Assembly (NCBI RefSeq): GCF_000150275.1 | Contig: NW_002060947.1 | Coordinates: 4,932,267-4,996,266, forward strand | Direction: 5' to 3' | Source: Trichoplax adhaerens | Lineage: Eukaryota; Animalia; Placozoa | Length of the DNA stretch: 64,000 bases | The notes under the pieces: model-generated | Told to the model about the DNA's origin: nothing | Databases searched by the model: none | Seen by the model: the letters and a program-made list of their open reading frames with translations, nothing else | Shown here: piece after piece, positions 14,901 to 28,800 of the stretch | Numbering within the stretch: the stretch's first letter is position 1 | How the letters are laid out: every line of letters begins with the position of its first letter | Program-made: the position numbers and the translations under genes

Positions 14901-15369
14901 TCCATTTTATTGTCGCCTGTTTCTTTAGATTCTATTAAGTGGACGCCTCGATAAACGGAATAAATTTTATTTTTCGGCTGTTTTGGCCCCCTTGAATATT
15001 ACATTGCTTACCATAGTTTTTTCGTCATTTGGTCAGAAAGGAGGCAATCCTTGTAAGTTACTTTGTTATATACACCTATTGCCTTTGTTATAGCTTTTAA
15101 CGATTTGATTTAACTATGTGAATTTACTTTGCTGAATAATTTGCCAATTAGGGTGGTTTGGTTTAAAAGAAAATCCTTGGGAAATCTTACTAAATAAGTG
15201 TCCATGTCTTCAAGAGTACGGTAACGTTAAGTTTACCTTAGGATGGAGAACTTCTAGAGAGGAACAAAGCGATGATAGACCACAAAGGCAGAAAAAGCAG
15301 CAAAAAGAGAACTTAAGCAGTATCGGAAAGTGTGTTGTTGCGGAAGTTAAACTAGACATGCCGGACTGA
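11957..15369 (+). CDS. TMEM185: Transmembrane protein 185 (FAM11), 7 exons
   Basis: Exons 11957-11994, 12125-12301, 13880-14081, 14248-14331, 14588-14764, 14929-15052, 15152-15369. They give LSFRLDETIEWSYWVVFFPLWLWK, ACIWAFRNERSIE, INILQYIFLALQLDGIIDWHW, FGQKGGNPWWFG, LQEYGNV and the end KLDMPD*, all characteristic of TMEM185A/B. Confidence 0.93.
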
Positions 15370-16420
15370 TTAAATCAATCTTTATTCGAAACATTGACAT
15401 TACTTAGTAATAGATTTAAGAAATCTACAAGCAATCTCCGTCATTCTACAGTAACTGTACATACATTCTCACTTATTATCCATGATTTTGATTTCAAAGA
15501 AATCCTATAAATGCTACATTGAAAATTCGGAATAACAGACGTTATAAAGTAGCGAATTTTTAACGTACAGCTAGAGATTCCTGTTGTACGATTAATTTGT
15601 ATACTATTTGATATTTCCGTGTACAGAATTAACATTGAATAACAATATTATACCAAAGTATTTGTCACCAAGCGATTATCCATGTATTAAATTTGCGGTA
15701 TGCAGAACAGATAAATTAATTTATTGATGTACTGCTAGTTAATTATTGTTTTAATATTCGAGTGTCGCAAATAACTGCTATAGAAATGCATTATCAAGCT
15801 GCCTTAAAGAGTACATTTCTTTCGAAATACATACAATATTCAAGAAGTGATGTAAGCCGGTTTTACTTTTTCTTTTGAATCAATTCGAATAGAAACAGTA
15901 TTCCTCAAAAATTAGATCTTGCGATCATAATTAAAAATTACATTTATACACGTCCAATTACAATCAGCTACTACTACTGCAGAAATTCTTAAACTGTTAG
16001 CTTTCGTATTAGTAACAGCTTTTATAAAGATTCAGTATGGCATGAGGAAGCCTCAATATTTTACACGGATGTCGAGTGAGGGTAAACGGATGACTAAGTA
16101 CATAAATCACTTTCTTCTAGAATGTAAGATGTTCCTTAGGTTTACTGTAAAAATTTTTTAATGTCAAATATTTCAGGCATTCCTACTTATAAAATGGAGT
16201 TAAATTTAAGAAATGCTTTCATAGCGTAAGCTTTGGCATTGCGATGTCTTACTATTTCAAACAATACAGTAGAACTTTTTGTATCTCCATGATGTGTTCC
16301 AAAACTTGTGTTCTAACACGTAGGTGTAATAAGCAGTAAACAATCAGGCAAAGGCAAGGCCTGATACTGTTCTACTTTTGATACATTTTGCAATGGGAAT
16401 ACTATATATCCGACCATCAC

Positions 16421-17209
16421 TTACTGGGCCAGTTCTAAAGTTTTGGATGATTTTAACTGCTTTTCGTAGGTAAAATCTTCCTATAAGGATGAAAAAAATT
16501 CCTAATTTAGAATCCTGAAATGTTTAACGTGCGAGTTGCAGTCTCTTATAAACATTGACAATACAGACGCAGATCTATGACTAATGGTCAAAAATTTATA
16601 CGACGTACAATCCGCGATATCAAGAGCGCAACTTCACATCTCATTTCAGTAAAACTCTATACGTATATATGGTAGTACATACAGAACGTACGTATTATTT
16701 TATTTCATGCCACTTACCGGATCATAAATAACCCTGATAATTAAAGAGCAACTTGGACATCGAGCAATGTCTTCACCATCCTGTAGCTCTTCCTGTGATA
16801 TAAACAATAGATAGAGATTTATCAAAAGCTCACGAAATGCATGTTATTAGGCTCGGTCAGGTAGCAACTACCTCGTGTTACTGTACAGAGCAGTATTGGA
16901 ACAAAATTTTGAAGTCATCAAAAAATGATGCTGCATTACCAGACTACAAATACGGTATACGAATTACTTAATATCACATACTGTATAATGATTCGACTTT
17001 TTAGAGTAATTATAGCATAAGGGCGGTTTCAGGAATTTAAATAGTATGGTAAAATACAACAAGTATCAGGAGTAGGATATTAGACATGTAGGCCAGCTTA
17101 CCGTTGCGATTTGAAATTGATCTCCACAAGGGCAAGGGTAGAAATATGTATCTGAATCTTCATCGTATTCGAAATCTTCAATTTCAATCTCGTCGTGAAA
17201 AATAGACAT
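16421..17209 (-). CDS. DPH3: Diphthamide biosynthesis protein 3 (Kti11, CSL zinc finger), 80 aa, 3 exons
   Basis: Exons 17102-17209, 16718-16792, 16421-16480 encode [80 protein letters not shown]. Missed by the ORF track. Confidence 0.97.
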
Positions 17210-17560
17210 GCTTAGCAGGTAGATCACTTATTTAAGACCAAATCAACAATAGAAACTTGAAATTCTCAGCCTGTCACTTGATGTACACTGAGCTCCAATT
17301 CAAACACTGGAATCTCGAATAATCTTTTGCCAAGATATCCAATCAGAGTAGTGTCGTATATACGTCCAAAGTACCAGTGTACAGCACAGTTTGCAGTCTA
17401 ACAATCAATCAATCTCCTATTCTAGCTTCGATTCTTGAGCAAACAATGTCTACTCATTACTTGTATCTGCTCACTAAATATGGTAAAGATATTGTCATCT
17501 CGAAGATCAATAGCAGTCAATAAATACTCCAAAAGAGTGCAGCAGGGGATTTGTGAGAAT

Positions 17561-17729
17561 CACAATTCGCCTAGAGATGCACAATTCGACTAGAGATGCA
17601 CAATTCGACTAGAGATGCACAATTCGCCTAAGAGATGCACAATTCGCCTAGGAGATGCACAATTCGCATAGAGATGCACAATTCGCCTAGAGATGCACAA
17701 TTTGTCTACGAGTTGCGCGATTCGCCAAG
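17561..17729. repeat. 19-20 bp minisatellite (consensus CACAATTCGCCTAGAGATG), 7 good and 2 degenerate copies
   Basis: Head-to-tail units start at 17561, 17580, 17599, 17618, 17638, 17658, 17677, 17696 and 17716, with no spacers. Confidence 0.95.
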
Positions 17730-17739
17730 CACAAGCCTC

Positions 17740-18290
17740 AGTACAGTATTAGGTGTACAGTACAGTACAGTACAGTACAGTAATTTTATGATTAAAACCA
17801 TACAGTACTATTTACTGTAGATTATTATACTGTACAGTACAATGTAGAGTACTGTACACTGTACAGTACTATTTTCACAAACTCAGACTCGTCTTTAGAC
17901 TCTGGAAGTAACACTATTTTAAGACTGTGTTTTTGCCTAGGACTTTAAATGTACAGTCGCAGGGGCTATTCAACAATAAATTGAAACGTCCTTTTAGTAC
18001 TATACTCTATGTTGAAGCTTTCTGTTGAGTAAAAAGAATGAAAATATAGGGATAGTGTGGGTAGGGTCGAATGGCATAACAGATCCAGCACTCTAAAACG
18101 CCTATTGAATGCGTGTGCGCAGACTGACATCGTACTACACTGTATCCCCGTACTACAATACTGTACACTGTACAGTGTGTAAAAGAAAGTGAGCTCGCCC
18201 GCTTCACGGCTGCGTAGTGAGTATCTACTGTACCAGTATACTGTACAGTACAGCGTACAGTAGAGGAACAGCTACAGTCTACTGTATAGT
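17740..18290. repeat. (TACAG/TACTG)n clusters in the DPH3 / Polycomb-like divergent intergenic region
   Basis: gtacagtacagtacagtacagtacagta near 17755-17782, gtactgtacactgtacagta near 17849, actgtacactgtacagtg near 18160, ctgtacagtacagcgtacagta near 18241. Confidence 0.75.
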
Positions 18291-18405
18291 ATCTTGGGTT
18301 GAAATACTGGTACAAACTGTAGGTCACCCTGATGAATAATTTTGATCCATTTTTTACCTAAATGATGATGACCATGAAACAACTCTGCTAGAGAGGATAA
18401 TAATT

Positions 18406-21400
18406 ATGGACGGTAATAAAGCCGAGATCAAGTCAAATCTACAAATTCATCATTATCAAATTGGCGATCATGTGTTAGTGCACTGGCGTGATGGCATGTA
18501 CTATCTAGGCAACGTTCGAAAGGTAAAGCCCAATAGCGGCTATGGCGTCCTACTGGTAGTTTATGCAACAAAATCAAATAGGAGTATAAAATTGATTCTA
18601 TCGTGTTGGTAGTGGATGGTAGAGGATAGATTGGATATAAATCAATCAGTACCGAAATGAAAGATTGAGTAACATGGATTGAGTAGTTGCCATAAAAATG
18701 AAATGCATTCATTCAATGCAGGACTCCACTACTACAAATGGGCATGGTCACAAGTGCACAATACAGTACAGTCCATTGCATGCAGCTTAGCTTGATCTTA
18801 CTGACTTACAGTACAATTCGATATAAGGATTACAAAAGTTGTCGTACAGTCCAGTGCATACAGTTGAGCTTAATATTACAACAGAATTATAAATGAAAGT
18901 TAGATTGATGCTTTCTATCGTAGCAATTGACAACAGCATTATAGCTGTATATTATACACAGTGCACCGCTTGCAATTTTGCAACACCTTGAACACAAACG
19001 TGCGTGAACATTACTTTCCTATGTAAACTGTTACTATTTTAAAACTATTTGATTAACGCGTCACCGTTTTCCATACTCTACTCAAATAATGTTCTTTTCA
19101 GTAACCGATATATTTCTAAAAGTGTACAAAAATATATAGGATAGCATATGTCTTCCAACAGTACAGTATAGTAGACATCTAGAGTTATAATCGTTAAAGT
19201 GTAATACTCGTAACTGGATTGGCAGAGAGATGATCCTAAAATCCACTAATGTAGTATTTCAGAGCCTAAATACTGTACACAACAGCCTACGACCCATAGG
19301 TTTTGTCCCATTTATGACCGTCAGGTATTCTTGTACTTTCAGTTACATAACATAAACTATGCTCATACCATATATCATAAGCACTTCTTCACCTCGATAA
19401 TTATCAAACATTCATCTTTATCAGCAGTTAATCATATCTCGCTATCGTAAACAGTGCTCTGATAAATCATGGACGCTGAAGCTTGTAGCTCTAATCTGCA
19501 GTTATATCGTAAGTTCATGATAAATCTGAGTTGCCCTACGGTCCAGCGTCTCCAAGATGAACGCTGTAGCTAATTGCTAATTTTGTTAACTGTAAGTACT
19601 TGTACTGTACTTCTGATTAATTATACTCGAAAACGATTAATGCTAGGTAATACAATATATCTGTATTATTACACATCATAAGCTACTATGGGGATCTTCC
19701 TCTAGTTGTCTACAGTATGTACACTATCGTACAGCACTATTACAAGAAGTCATCCCACTACGTATTTTTCCAGCTTGCTTTGATACTTTATACTTAAAAT
19801 TTGGTAAATATAAATTGCATTTATAATATTAAAATATTTACAAATCAATTCCCGTAAGAAGTTAACATTCTGCTATTAGCCATAAACTGCAATGCATACC
19901 ATAAACCCTTCTCACAATCAGGAATATAAGCAACAGTTAGAACATACCAGTACAGCTCTACGCATCTTGCGTAACTAGTAATATAAGTAGAAAATGGAGT
20001 GCAACTCCTGAGGTGTCGATGTTGACATTTATGAAATAATGATAATAACATACTGAATTGGCTTACTCACATGCGTTAATTAATTTAATTTCATAATCAC
20101 GGTAATGCATACACGAATGCTAAAGTGTGCTTGCAGTCAATACTATGTCGACTGGAAGTTTACTCATATTGTATCGAAAAACAGAAATATAATCCAATTT
20201 TTACTAAATTTAACTTATTAGTCAAGCATAAACAGAATTAAATTGTAAAAACTACAAAGAATTATTCGTATTTAAATAGCAGAGTTATGTACTGTTAAGT
20301 TGCAGGTTTACGGTTTTTTCTTGCAGATGAAAAATTTTAGAGCAAGTATCAATTTAAAATGTAGCTGTCTGCTTACTCTCCATGTAGAATATATATTACC
20401 GGCTATATGAGTTTACTATGTCGTTAAGCTTGTCGATTGCGACCTTTTTAATTTTATGAGCATATTTTTAATATTAGACAGATTAAAATGTATCTTGTTA
20501 GAGTACCAGAAATAAGTAATTGAAAATAATATATCTGTTCTAATTAGGTTAATAAGAGAGATCGATCATGCTTAGTGGAATTTGAAGATGCTTCTATCCA
20601 TTCAGCTCGTTATCACCATCTACATCCAGGTAAAACAAATACTGATGGTACGGTAATGTAGGTTATGTCGTCTGTAAGGACCTCTAAGATGAAATAATTA
20701 AATGAACACTTATACAAAAATATTATGATTTCGATAATTCTCAGCTTCCATTATAGCCACGGTATTCATCTATAGTGCGCTTTGTTAAGTGTTTGCAGTT
20801 TTGTTTGAGTTGATAACGCATAATTTCAGGCAATGTCAATTCAGACAATCCAAATTCTTAATAAATAAAAGATATAAAAGAATGTGTTAACATGATTAAT
20901 TGCAGAATTAAGTAAGGAAGCTTGTAAAACTTGTCATGGAGAGGTATCAGAAGTACCCAATTTGATAGTTATTTGCGATAATTGCGACCAGGGTAAGTAT
21001 AAAATTTATGTTAAGCCTAATTTGATTATTCATAAAGTTTTAATGGTTGAATTCTAATTTATTTGTATGCAGGTTATCATCAAAAGTGCCATATACCCCA
21101 AGTCTCAGATAGCTTACTTAAACCTGACATTCAATGGATATGTAGATACTGCATATTTGGCAGTGCTATGAAGGTAATATTCTGTTGTAATTAGAACAAG
21201 CCATAAAACAATTCCTTACATTACATTCATTAATTGAAACAATTAGGCTGGTGGAGCTCTAAAGCATGGACCCAAAGGTAAGTTGTATCTAATATTCTAA
21301 CTAGCCATTTACAGGGTATAATGCCATTAAATCAAACAATCGATGCCCATAGTTGTAAGCATATTAATATCATTTGGTGTTCTTCTAGCTCGTGCTCTTC

Positions 21401-23252
21401 AAGTGCTCAAATCTGAATTACCGTATGAGGTTAATTTAAGCTAAATTTCATTTTAGCCATAGATTATAATTTTTGCCAACAGCTAATCAATGCGACTCTG
21501 TATCTAGATTAGTACACTACGCTGGGATAAGAGCCATCTTACTAATTCTGAATGCTTATATTGTTACTGTGGTGGTCCAGGATTGTAAGTGTAGATAATA
21601 TTAACATACCTAACTCCGCATCGTTAAGTCTAAATTGTTTGCATCTCTTTCTACTCGTTAAACTCTTATCCATTATTAGATGGTTTAATCGGATGGTACA
21701 ATGTTGCAGATGCAGTCAATGGTTTCATGAAGGTACAGTTAATTTTCTTATCTTCTCATTTGTTATGGCGGATTCACTGACAAAAGTATTGAGAAACTAG
21801 CTTCTGTTAATTTTATCTAGCTTGCTTACAATGCTTAGATGGCCCTCTCCTATTAGGAGATAGGTAAATTTTATTACTAATATATTAAATGATTAAACAG
21901 TGCAATAACACATTTACTGGGTAATCGTACCAGTACCTCAATACTTGTAATGACTGCTAATCACTGCAACCAAATTTTTACAGGTACTGCATATTTACAT
22001 GTTCTGTATGTCGTAAAGGCTTGGAATCTTACGTAAAATTACCTATTGATATGTAAGTATTTACTTTTAGCATGCATTCAACAACTGTGATAATTATCTA
22101 TCAGTTCCACTAATTAACCTCTCCTTATTAGGGAAGACTACGTTCATCTATCATTATACAATTTAACAAGAAACAGTAAACATAGATATTTCGACATCGA
22201 AAACTCGATAATACCTTTCATGGATAATAACAAGCAGTATGTTAAATTAGATAAAAAGGTTAGTAATATACATTATTTCATCTACTATCATGTTAATAGT
22301 TCTTTTATTAGTGGTTTTATATATCAAATTAAACAAAAAAGGTTAGTATTATATGTATAACTTTTCCATCTATTGTTATGTCAACATTTTTTGATTTGTA
22401 CTATTATTGCCAGTTGTTATTGTGTTGCTTATTTTTCACTGAGTAAATTTGATATTGTTGCTAGTATTTAGATGTTCCATTAACTAGCCTTGTACGGTTA
22501 GTATATGAAATACTGAAGAAGCATTTACACGATAAGTAAGTGTTTTGTATAAATATGATTTATTGTGATTTCTTTGTTTTTACTTACTAAATCAACCATT
22601 TAAATTTAAACACTTTTATGTAGATACTGTATGGACAAAAGTGCTAAAAGATATAAATCTTGGGGCTTGCGTATGCTAATACCTCCACTACCTACGTCAA
22701 AAGAATATGAAGCTCATTACCCTCCAATTAAGTTTACTGATCATAAAGCACTGAAAGCTACAATGAAAACAAGAAAGAGCAACCCTAAAATGAGAATTAT
22801 GCCTAAACGGTTAGCAAAATCAGATCGTACTCTATATAAATGCAATTTCTGTTAGAAAGAGGAAAAGATTTTAATGATTATCATGTAACTATATTACTAG
22901 CTTATGTTCCGAGAGAACTTTACTTGAAAATAATGAAGACCTGGCTGATAAAGGAAATCTTTCACAAGGTGGCCAACTGTCCAAGAAAGTAAAACGTCAG
23001 TTAAATCACGAGAATAAAATTGTAGATAATAATCGGCCGTTAAAACGAAAACGAAAAGGTTGTCGGCTCTCAAGCAGTAATACAAGTGATATGGCGACTT
23101 TTTACCAAAAAAGGGTTAATAATTCAGTAGAATATATCATGGCTAAAGAAGTAAACAAAAAGGGGCGCCGATTGCATAGTTATAAAAAATGTACAGTTTC
23201 TGCTCGTCGGATAACATGTGATGGAGAAGTGCAATACCTATTCCATTGGTAA
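18406..23252 (+). CDS. Polycomb-like protein (PHF1/MTF2/PHF19 family): Tudor, PHD1, PHD2, EH winged helix, C-terminal chromo-like domain; 14 exons
   Basis: Tudor VLVHWRDGMYYLG...CLVEFEDAS (18406-18522, 20548-20629). PHD1 CKTC...ICDNCDQGYHQKCHIP...WICRYC. Linker KAGGALKHGPKARALQVLKSELPY. PHD2 [38 protein letters not shown]. EH domain VHLSLYNL...RYFD...WGLRMLIPP. The last exon (22901-23252) ends ARRITCDGEVQYLFHW*, the Mtf2_C motif. Confidence 0.93.
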
Positions 23253-25602
23253 TTTTGATTTGTTTCATAGCCTAACTTCTTAATGCGATACATTCTTGAG
23301 TGCACTGCTACATATAATGTAGAGCTACAGACGAAATTTTTTTAGCTACTACCTTATATAAGTGGCTTGTTTCCATTGCAAACGTAATGGACTTTTTGTG
23401 ACATGTACTCACTTGAATAGCATTACTAAGCAACTTTACATAAATTTAGATTATTTGTTCATTAGAATGGCTTCGATTTTTTATTTTAGCGTCGGTGAAC
23501 ATTGCGATAAAGGTAATGATCCTTACGGCTATCTCAAGAGTTGTCTAGTATCATATCTCTTGACAGTATAGAATGGTTACCTTTAAATGTGCATGGATGA
23601 AATATCTATTTAATAGTAGTGTAATGATCTCGTAACTGACGTAGTAAAAATTAATGCAAGAAACACAAAGTACTGTATAATATGAAATGCATTGAAACAT
23701 TCACCGACGTTAAGCGTTTATGTACATATGAGTATACCTGTGCTGTTAACTAGTATTTACTCGATACATCTGCCGTTATTATAATGTCAACAAATTAAAA
23801 TTTTACTGAAAGGGTTACCCATTGTAAGAGAAATTTAATATTAATAAAATAAAGACGAATCTTTCTACTAATTCAATATCGTGGATTATTGAAAGTGTTA
23901 TATATGCTGGACATTTCATATCTATTAATTTTCATCAATGTTTGATAAAATTAATTTTACAACGAAATGCACAAGCAAAGCTCACACAGTCACTTGATGG
24001 ATGAGACGCGGATCAATAACTGAAATAAAACTAAAATTTAATCGGTACTGTTACCGTAATTAGATCGAGCTGCCTAGATCTGCTAGGAAAGGAAGCTTTG
24101 GTATATTGGCAATAATACAGGGCTTGTACCGGTTTATACAATATTTAATCCATGCTATCAATAAATGGGATGCTTGAAATTAGTTGTAACATGTTTAATA
24201 GTAACAACATCTCTTAATCATGTACGATTTATAAGAAGTGCTGAAATCGCGTTACCGTTCATAAATTGAAAGCTAGATGGAGGCTCTTTATGATTCAGTA
24301 TAGTGATATTTAGCAAGGTGTAGGGTCTGCTATAATCGCAATTAAATTGTTAGAGTTAAATTAGCAGAGAAGTAGAGTTTATTGGTATTAGTGGCACATT
24401 TATTGCAAAGGAAAACCGTATGAGGTTATAGTGTGTACAACGACGCGACTAGTCGAATAGCTAGTGACGTAGGATAGGTAAAGCATGCTAGCTCACCATG
24501 TAACTAGCAGAACTAACTAAAGGATAGATCTAACATTATCGCTTTTACAATGTAAGAAGCACAGAAGGAGGAGATTATTCGTAAAACAATAATGACTATT
24601 AAGGGTAGCTTAATTCTATATTAGGGTAGTGCTACGATACAATCAAGCTAGAGTACAAGAGATTTGCACAGTATGAATAATTAAATGTAGATTATACAAA
24701 TAAGGAGTTATGTTACAGTCCATATAGAAATTAACTTTACTAAGAATAAACTATACCGTATTTAGAAGTATACACTACAAGCATCATACAGAATCAGTTT
24801 CAGCAGTTACTAGTCCAAACTTCCATCGCTTTGCTGACGGTTTACGATAATGTACCCATTTATTAATAATTAACAGGTAGTATTACCATTCGACATTATA
24901 TAGATGCCGGTAATAGCCGAGTACTACTATATTTAAAACAGATTGATTTAATGTACGTACTGATCGTGCATTTCCACGTTATTCACTTCGCTTTCGCCTA
25001 TCAGATCGCTGACTAACTGACATTATCCTCTTAGAAACACTTTTTTGTTATATGATATATAGTAATCAAAAATAGCCGGGACAGGGGAACTACAGTAGGG
25101 TAACACTACGAAATGCATGAGAGCAATAGAACTAATAGTACCTTCTAATGTGTATCAATCACTTCTACCTTCTCAATAATATTTACATAAACCCTAGAGA
25201 TCATTCATTTCTATACCAATTCAAATTTCCTTTAAGTAACTTTCGTATTAGTATGTTTACCGAATAAGGATGGTTACTATATACAGTATTAATGCTATGT
25301 TAAGGTTGGTAAGCAAAACTGTCTAATATACGTTTATGCTCAATTTGTTAACAAAATTAACAGATAGCATTATCATTCGATATTATATATATCCCGGTAA
25401 TAGTAATGTACTATGCTATATTAAGATTAGTTAATAATCCAAAGCGCATTATGATAACTAATGTACGGTGATGGACATACCTAGTTAAGATTAGCAGGTA
25501 CTGTAAGATATCTACAGTGCGGTACAATGTCCATAGTACTGTGGTCAATTCTATACCAATCATTATAATGTGTCTAAGGATCGCTTGCGTATGCAAGCAC
25601 AG

Positions 25603-25859
25603 CTTGCTCTGTCAATAACAACCGTTATAAGAAAATGTAATAATCAAAATGGCTATGTAGAAAACACTATAAAGATTCTATGTTTATTCAATTTTCATCA
25701 GAGCATCACATCAAATCAAAATTTAAAGCAAAACTTGCTCTGTCGATAACAACCGTTATAAGAAAATGTAACAATCAAAATGGCTGTGTAGAAAACACTA
25801 TAAAGATTCTATGTTTATTCAATTTTCATCAGAGCATTACATCAAATCAAAATTTAAAG
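25603..25859. repeat. Recent tandem duplication, period 131 bp, two copies
   Basis: 25603-25728 and 25734-25859 (cttgctctgtc...caaaatttaaag) differ at 4 of 126 positions, all transitions. Confidence 0.95.
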
Positions 25860-28800
25860 GCCTAGTGGCCACCCTTAGCGATATAACGAGTACTATTTCA
25901 AAAATTAGTACTCTGTAGAAATTACTACCTTAGAGCTATTCGTTTTACATGAAGAAATCTTGAGGTAAAAAGTACTGTAAGAATCTTATACTGTCCTATT
26001 GAAATGAACCCATAATCAGAGTCATCTAACAGTAGTATAAATACCTAAGAGATTTACGAAAGATCGTTAAGCATTTGCAACGAATACGCATAATTAGACC
26101 TTTGTATTCATGATAGCTAAAATGCTTAAATACTGCAGGTAGTGATAGATGAAATTAATGTTATTTATTTATTCACTAAACAAAGCATGCATTCATTAGC
26201 TAGCATATTTCATGGCTAATTAATTATACGAATCTTTTGCTGATTCGTAATATCATAATAATAACATTATAGTAAGAATTTTGGTTTAATATAATAAATA
26301 ATTCTAATTTGTATTACGTTAGTTAGTTTACTTAAAATAGAAGCTAAAAATAATATTTGCAACCATTTGATATATAAAAGTTGTAAATAAGTACATCATA
26401 AATTATCTCTAGTAGCTATAATTAGATAATAGGAGCTAACAGAACTAAAATGCAGATATCAATGCACAAAGACTTAGTGAACAAACACGGGCAGCTGATT
26501 AACCTCTAACAGCTGCAGCATTAATGTAGCAAAAATTGAAATTTAATTCCCGAAAATTTATTACTTTTATTTACAGAAGGGATATAATATCTATAAATTA
26601 ACAGCTCTCAATTCGCGGTACATTCTTACAAACTGTAATAGAGTCGAGCTTGAAGATGTAGCTGAAGTTTTTATCCTTTTTTGCACGACGCTTAGAACCA
26701 GATCAAAAAATTTATTAAGAGAAATGATTCTTCTATGGAAAGTTGGAATTAATGCTTGAATATACTAGTCATAAACCGGATTTTAGATTTCTGAACTCGA
26801 CCTACCCCTTTATATTCACAAAAATAAGTTTTAAGATTCATTCTACAAACACTGTACACAGCGCGATAAGTGAAACATTTGCTATAGTAAATAAAATTTG
26901 CGTGATCGATTGTCACCGAAAAAACCCTTTATGGCAGAATATCTGTTCTTAATTGAGTTAGAACTACGTTAACTTTCTATCCAGATATTTGCATATATCA
27001 AGTGATATTTTGAGCAAGCTATTCATTACTTTGAGCATTTTAAGAACGCACTAAACGGCATAGAGCTTCAATAATTTCCATATTGCGCAAAATAAACTCA
27101 GCCAAAGTTGAAATTTACTTTCCATGCCATTCTTCATTAAAAATTAGACTACTTCCTTCCTATTTCAGGTATGTTTTCTTGAACTAAGATAAAAAAGGTG
27201 CTAAATACTCTAGTAACAAAAAGTTTTTCATAAATGGTTAGGTTAAGTCACTCTATACTGTCGTCATTGACAAAAGAGCAAACCGATCTATTCATTCATT
27301 GCTGCCCCATCGTTAAACTATGCTACGTTTATCAAAAGTAGAATGAGAAAGAATAATTTATTCAAACTAAAATTTGGGATTATTTCTTTGATTACCTCAA
27401 CTTTTTGAGAAATTTATTGATACTTACTACAATGTTATATCAAAACAAATTAGAGTAGTTTTCTACAAATATTAAAATTCGAAAGTTCCATAAGATAATT
27501 AGTTGTAGTCCTAATCAAGATATCGAAGAATCTAAACGATCGTGATGAATATTTGCCATTCTTATTTAAGCAGTACTAATGCTAATAAATATATATAGTA
27601 AAAATTCTCACTAATTAGATTTCCCCGCTACTAATTCGTTTTGGGAGAATTTCTATTCTAAATTTGTCTGTAGTGAACATAATACTAACACTATGAATTG
27701 ATGACTTAATTAGATTACTTACCATTCAATAAATAATCAAATTACCTCACGTGATATCTTTTAATTAATTATAAGGGTGTGAGTATAGGCATCCAGGAAT
27801 ATATTTTGCACGTATTTTAAATCAAACTTATAAATTCAAGACTAAATTTTTCATTCTAAGGCAGAAAATTATGCCATTTTATAGTAAAATGATAAAGCAG
27901 CGTGCTGAACTTAGAGATAATAGAAGTAATTTTAAAATTTTAGTGGAAAGTATACGGTAGATTTTGTTCTTAGTCTAGTTCTAACATGAAAGTGCTTCTG
28001 TATGACAATCATCAAATCTAATGTAAGAACAGTACCGCTAGATTTTATTCCACGAATAACCAGAATTAGCTACATAAGACGATACGACTTCCCTTTCATT
28101 TCTGTTTAAGAACATTAAATATATTTTTTATACCTTATATTATTAATACAGTAGTAATGATATTAATCTTCTTCAAAATTTACTCGGATTGCCTCACAAT
28201 GCTTTAACAAGTAAGAACTTGGACTGTTATGCTCGTTTATAGCGTAGAGTAATTGCCATCATCTAATCCCGTATATCATTACACGAAACTATCTTATAGT
28301 CGTTGACTTTCCTTATTTCATGAACCATAAGCAAATTCTTTGTTATCAGCATTCAACTTTAAATACTACACAAGCAATAGTCAGGTCCTAATTTATTAGC
28401 ATCTTACAAAAATTTTCCCATTGATTTTTAGCATCGAAAGTTAAATACTACAGTCAGTAAACTTGATTTTTGGATACTATATTACGTGGTATTCACTATA
28501 AGAAGTACGGTAATTAATACGGTAACATATGCGTCTTATTAAGGCGAGGCAGTAGGTATTAATTTGATAGACTGCCCAATGAAGTGAATTCTACATCAAT
28601 ATAAACACCATTAACTATCATAGCTATCTTATAAACAGCCTTATACAACAATTGCTTCATCTTTTAATCAATAACAGCTATACAGAATAAATATATTAAA
28701 CTTTATTCACACTTAAGATTCTAAACAAATCATATTGGATAAAACATTACCATAGACTGTCTACCTGATGCAATACTAAACAGAGTTCTAATTTCACAAC

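Noticed and set aside
17561-17729. CRISPR-like array
   Set aside because: Units are contiguous with no unique spacers, there are no cas genes, and the context is eukaryotic; it is a minisatellite.
18332-18391. Two back-to-back 9-codon uORFs before the Polycomb-like ATG
   Set aside because: The TSS is unknown, and ctgctag at 18391 may be a splice acceptor that would make them intronic.
22810-22855. Stop at 22855 ending the Polycomb-like ORF
   Set aside because: An intron at 22810-22900 restores the frame into the conserved chromo-like terminal exon.
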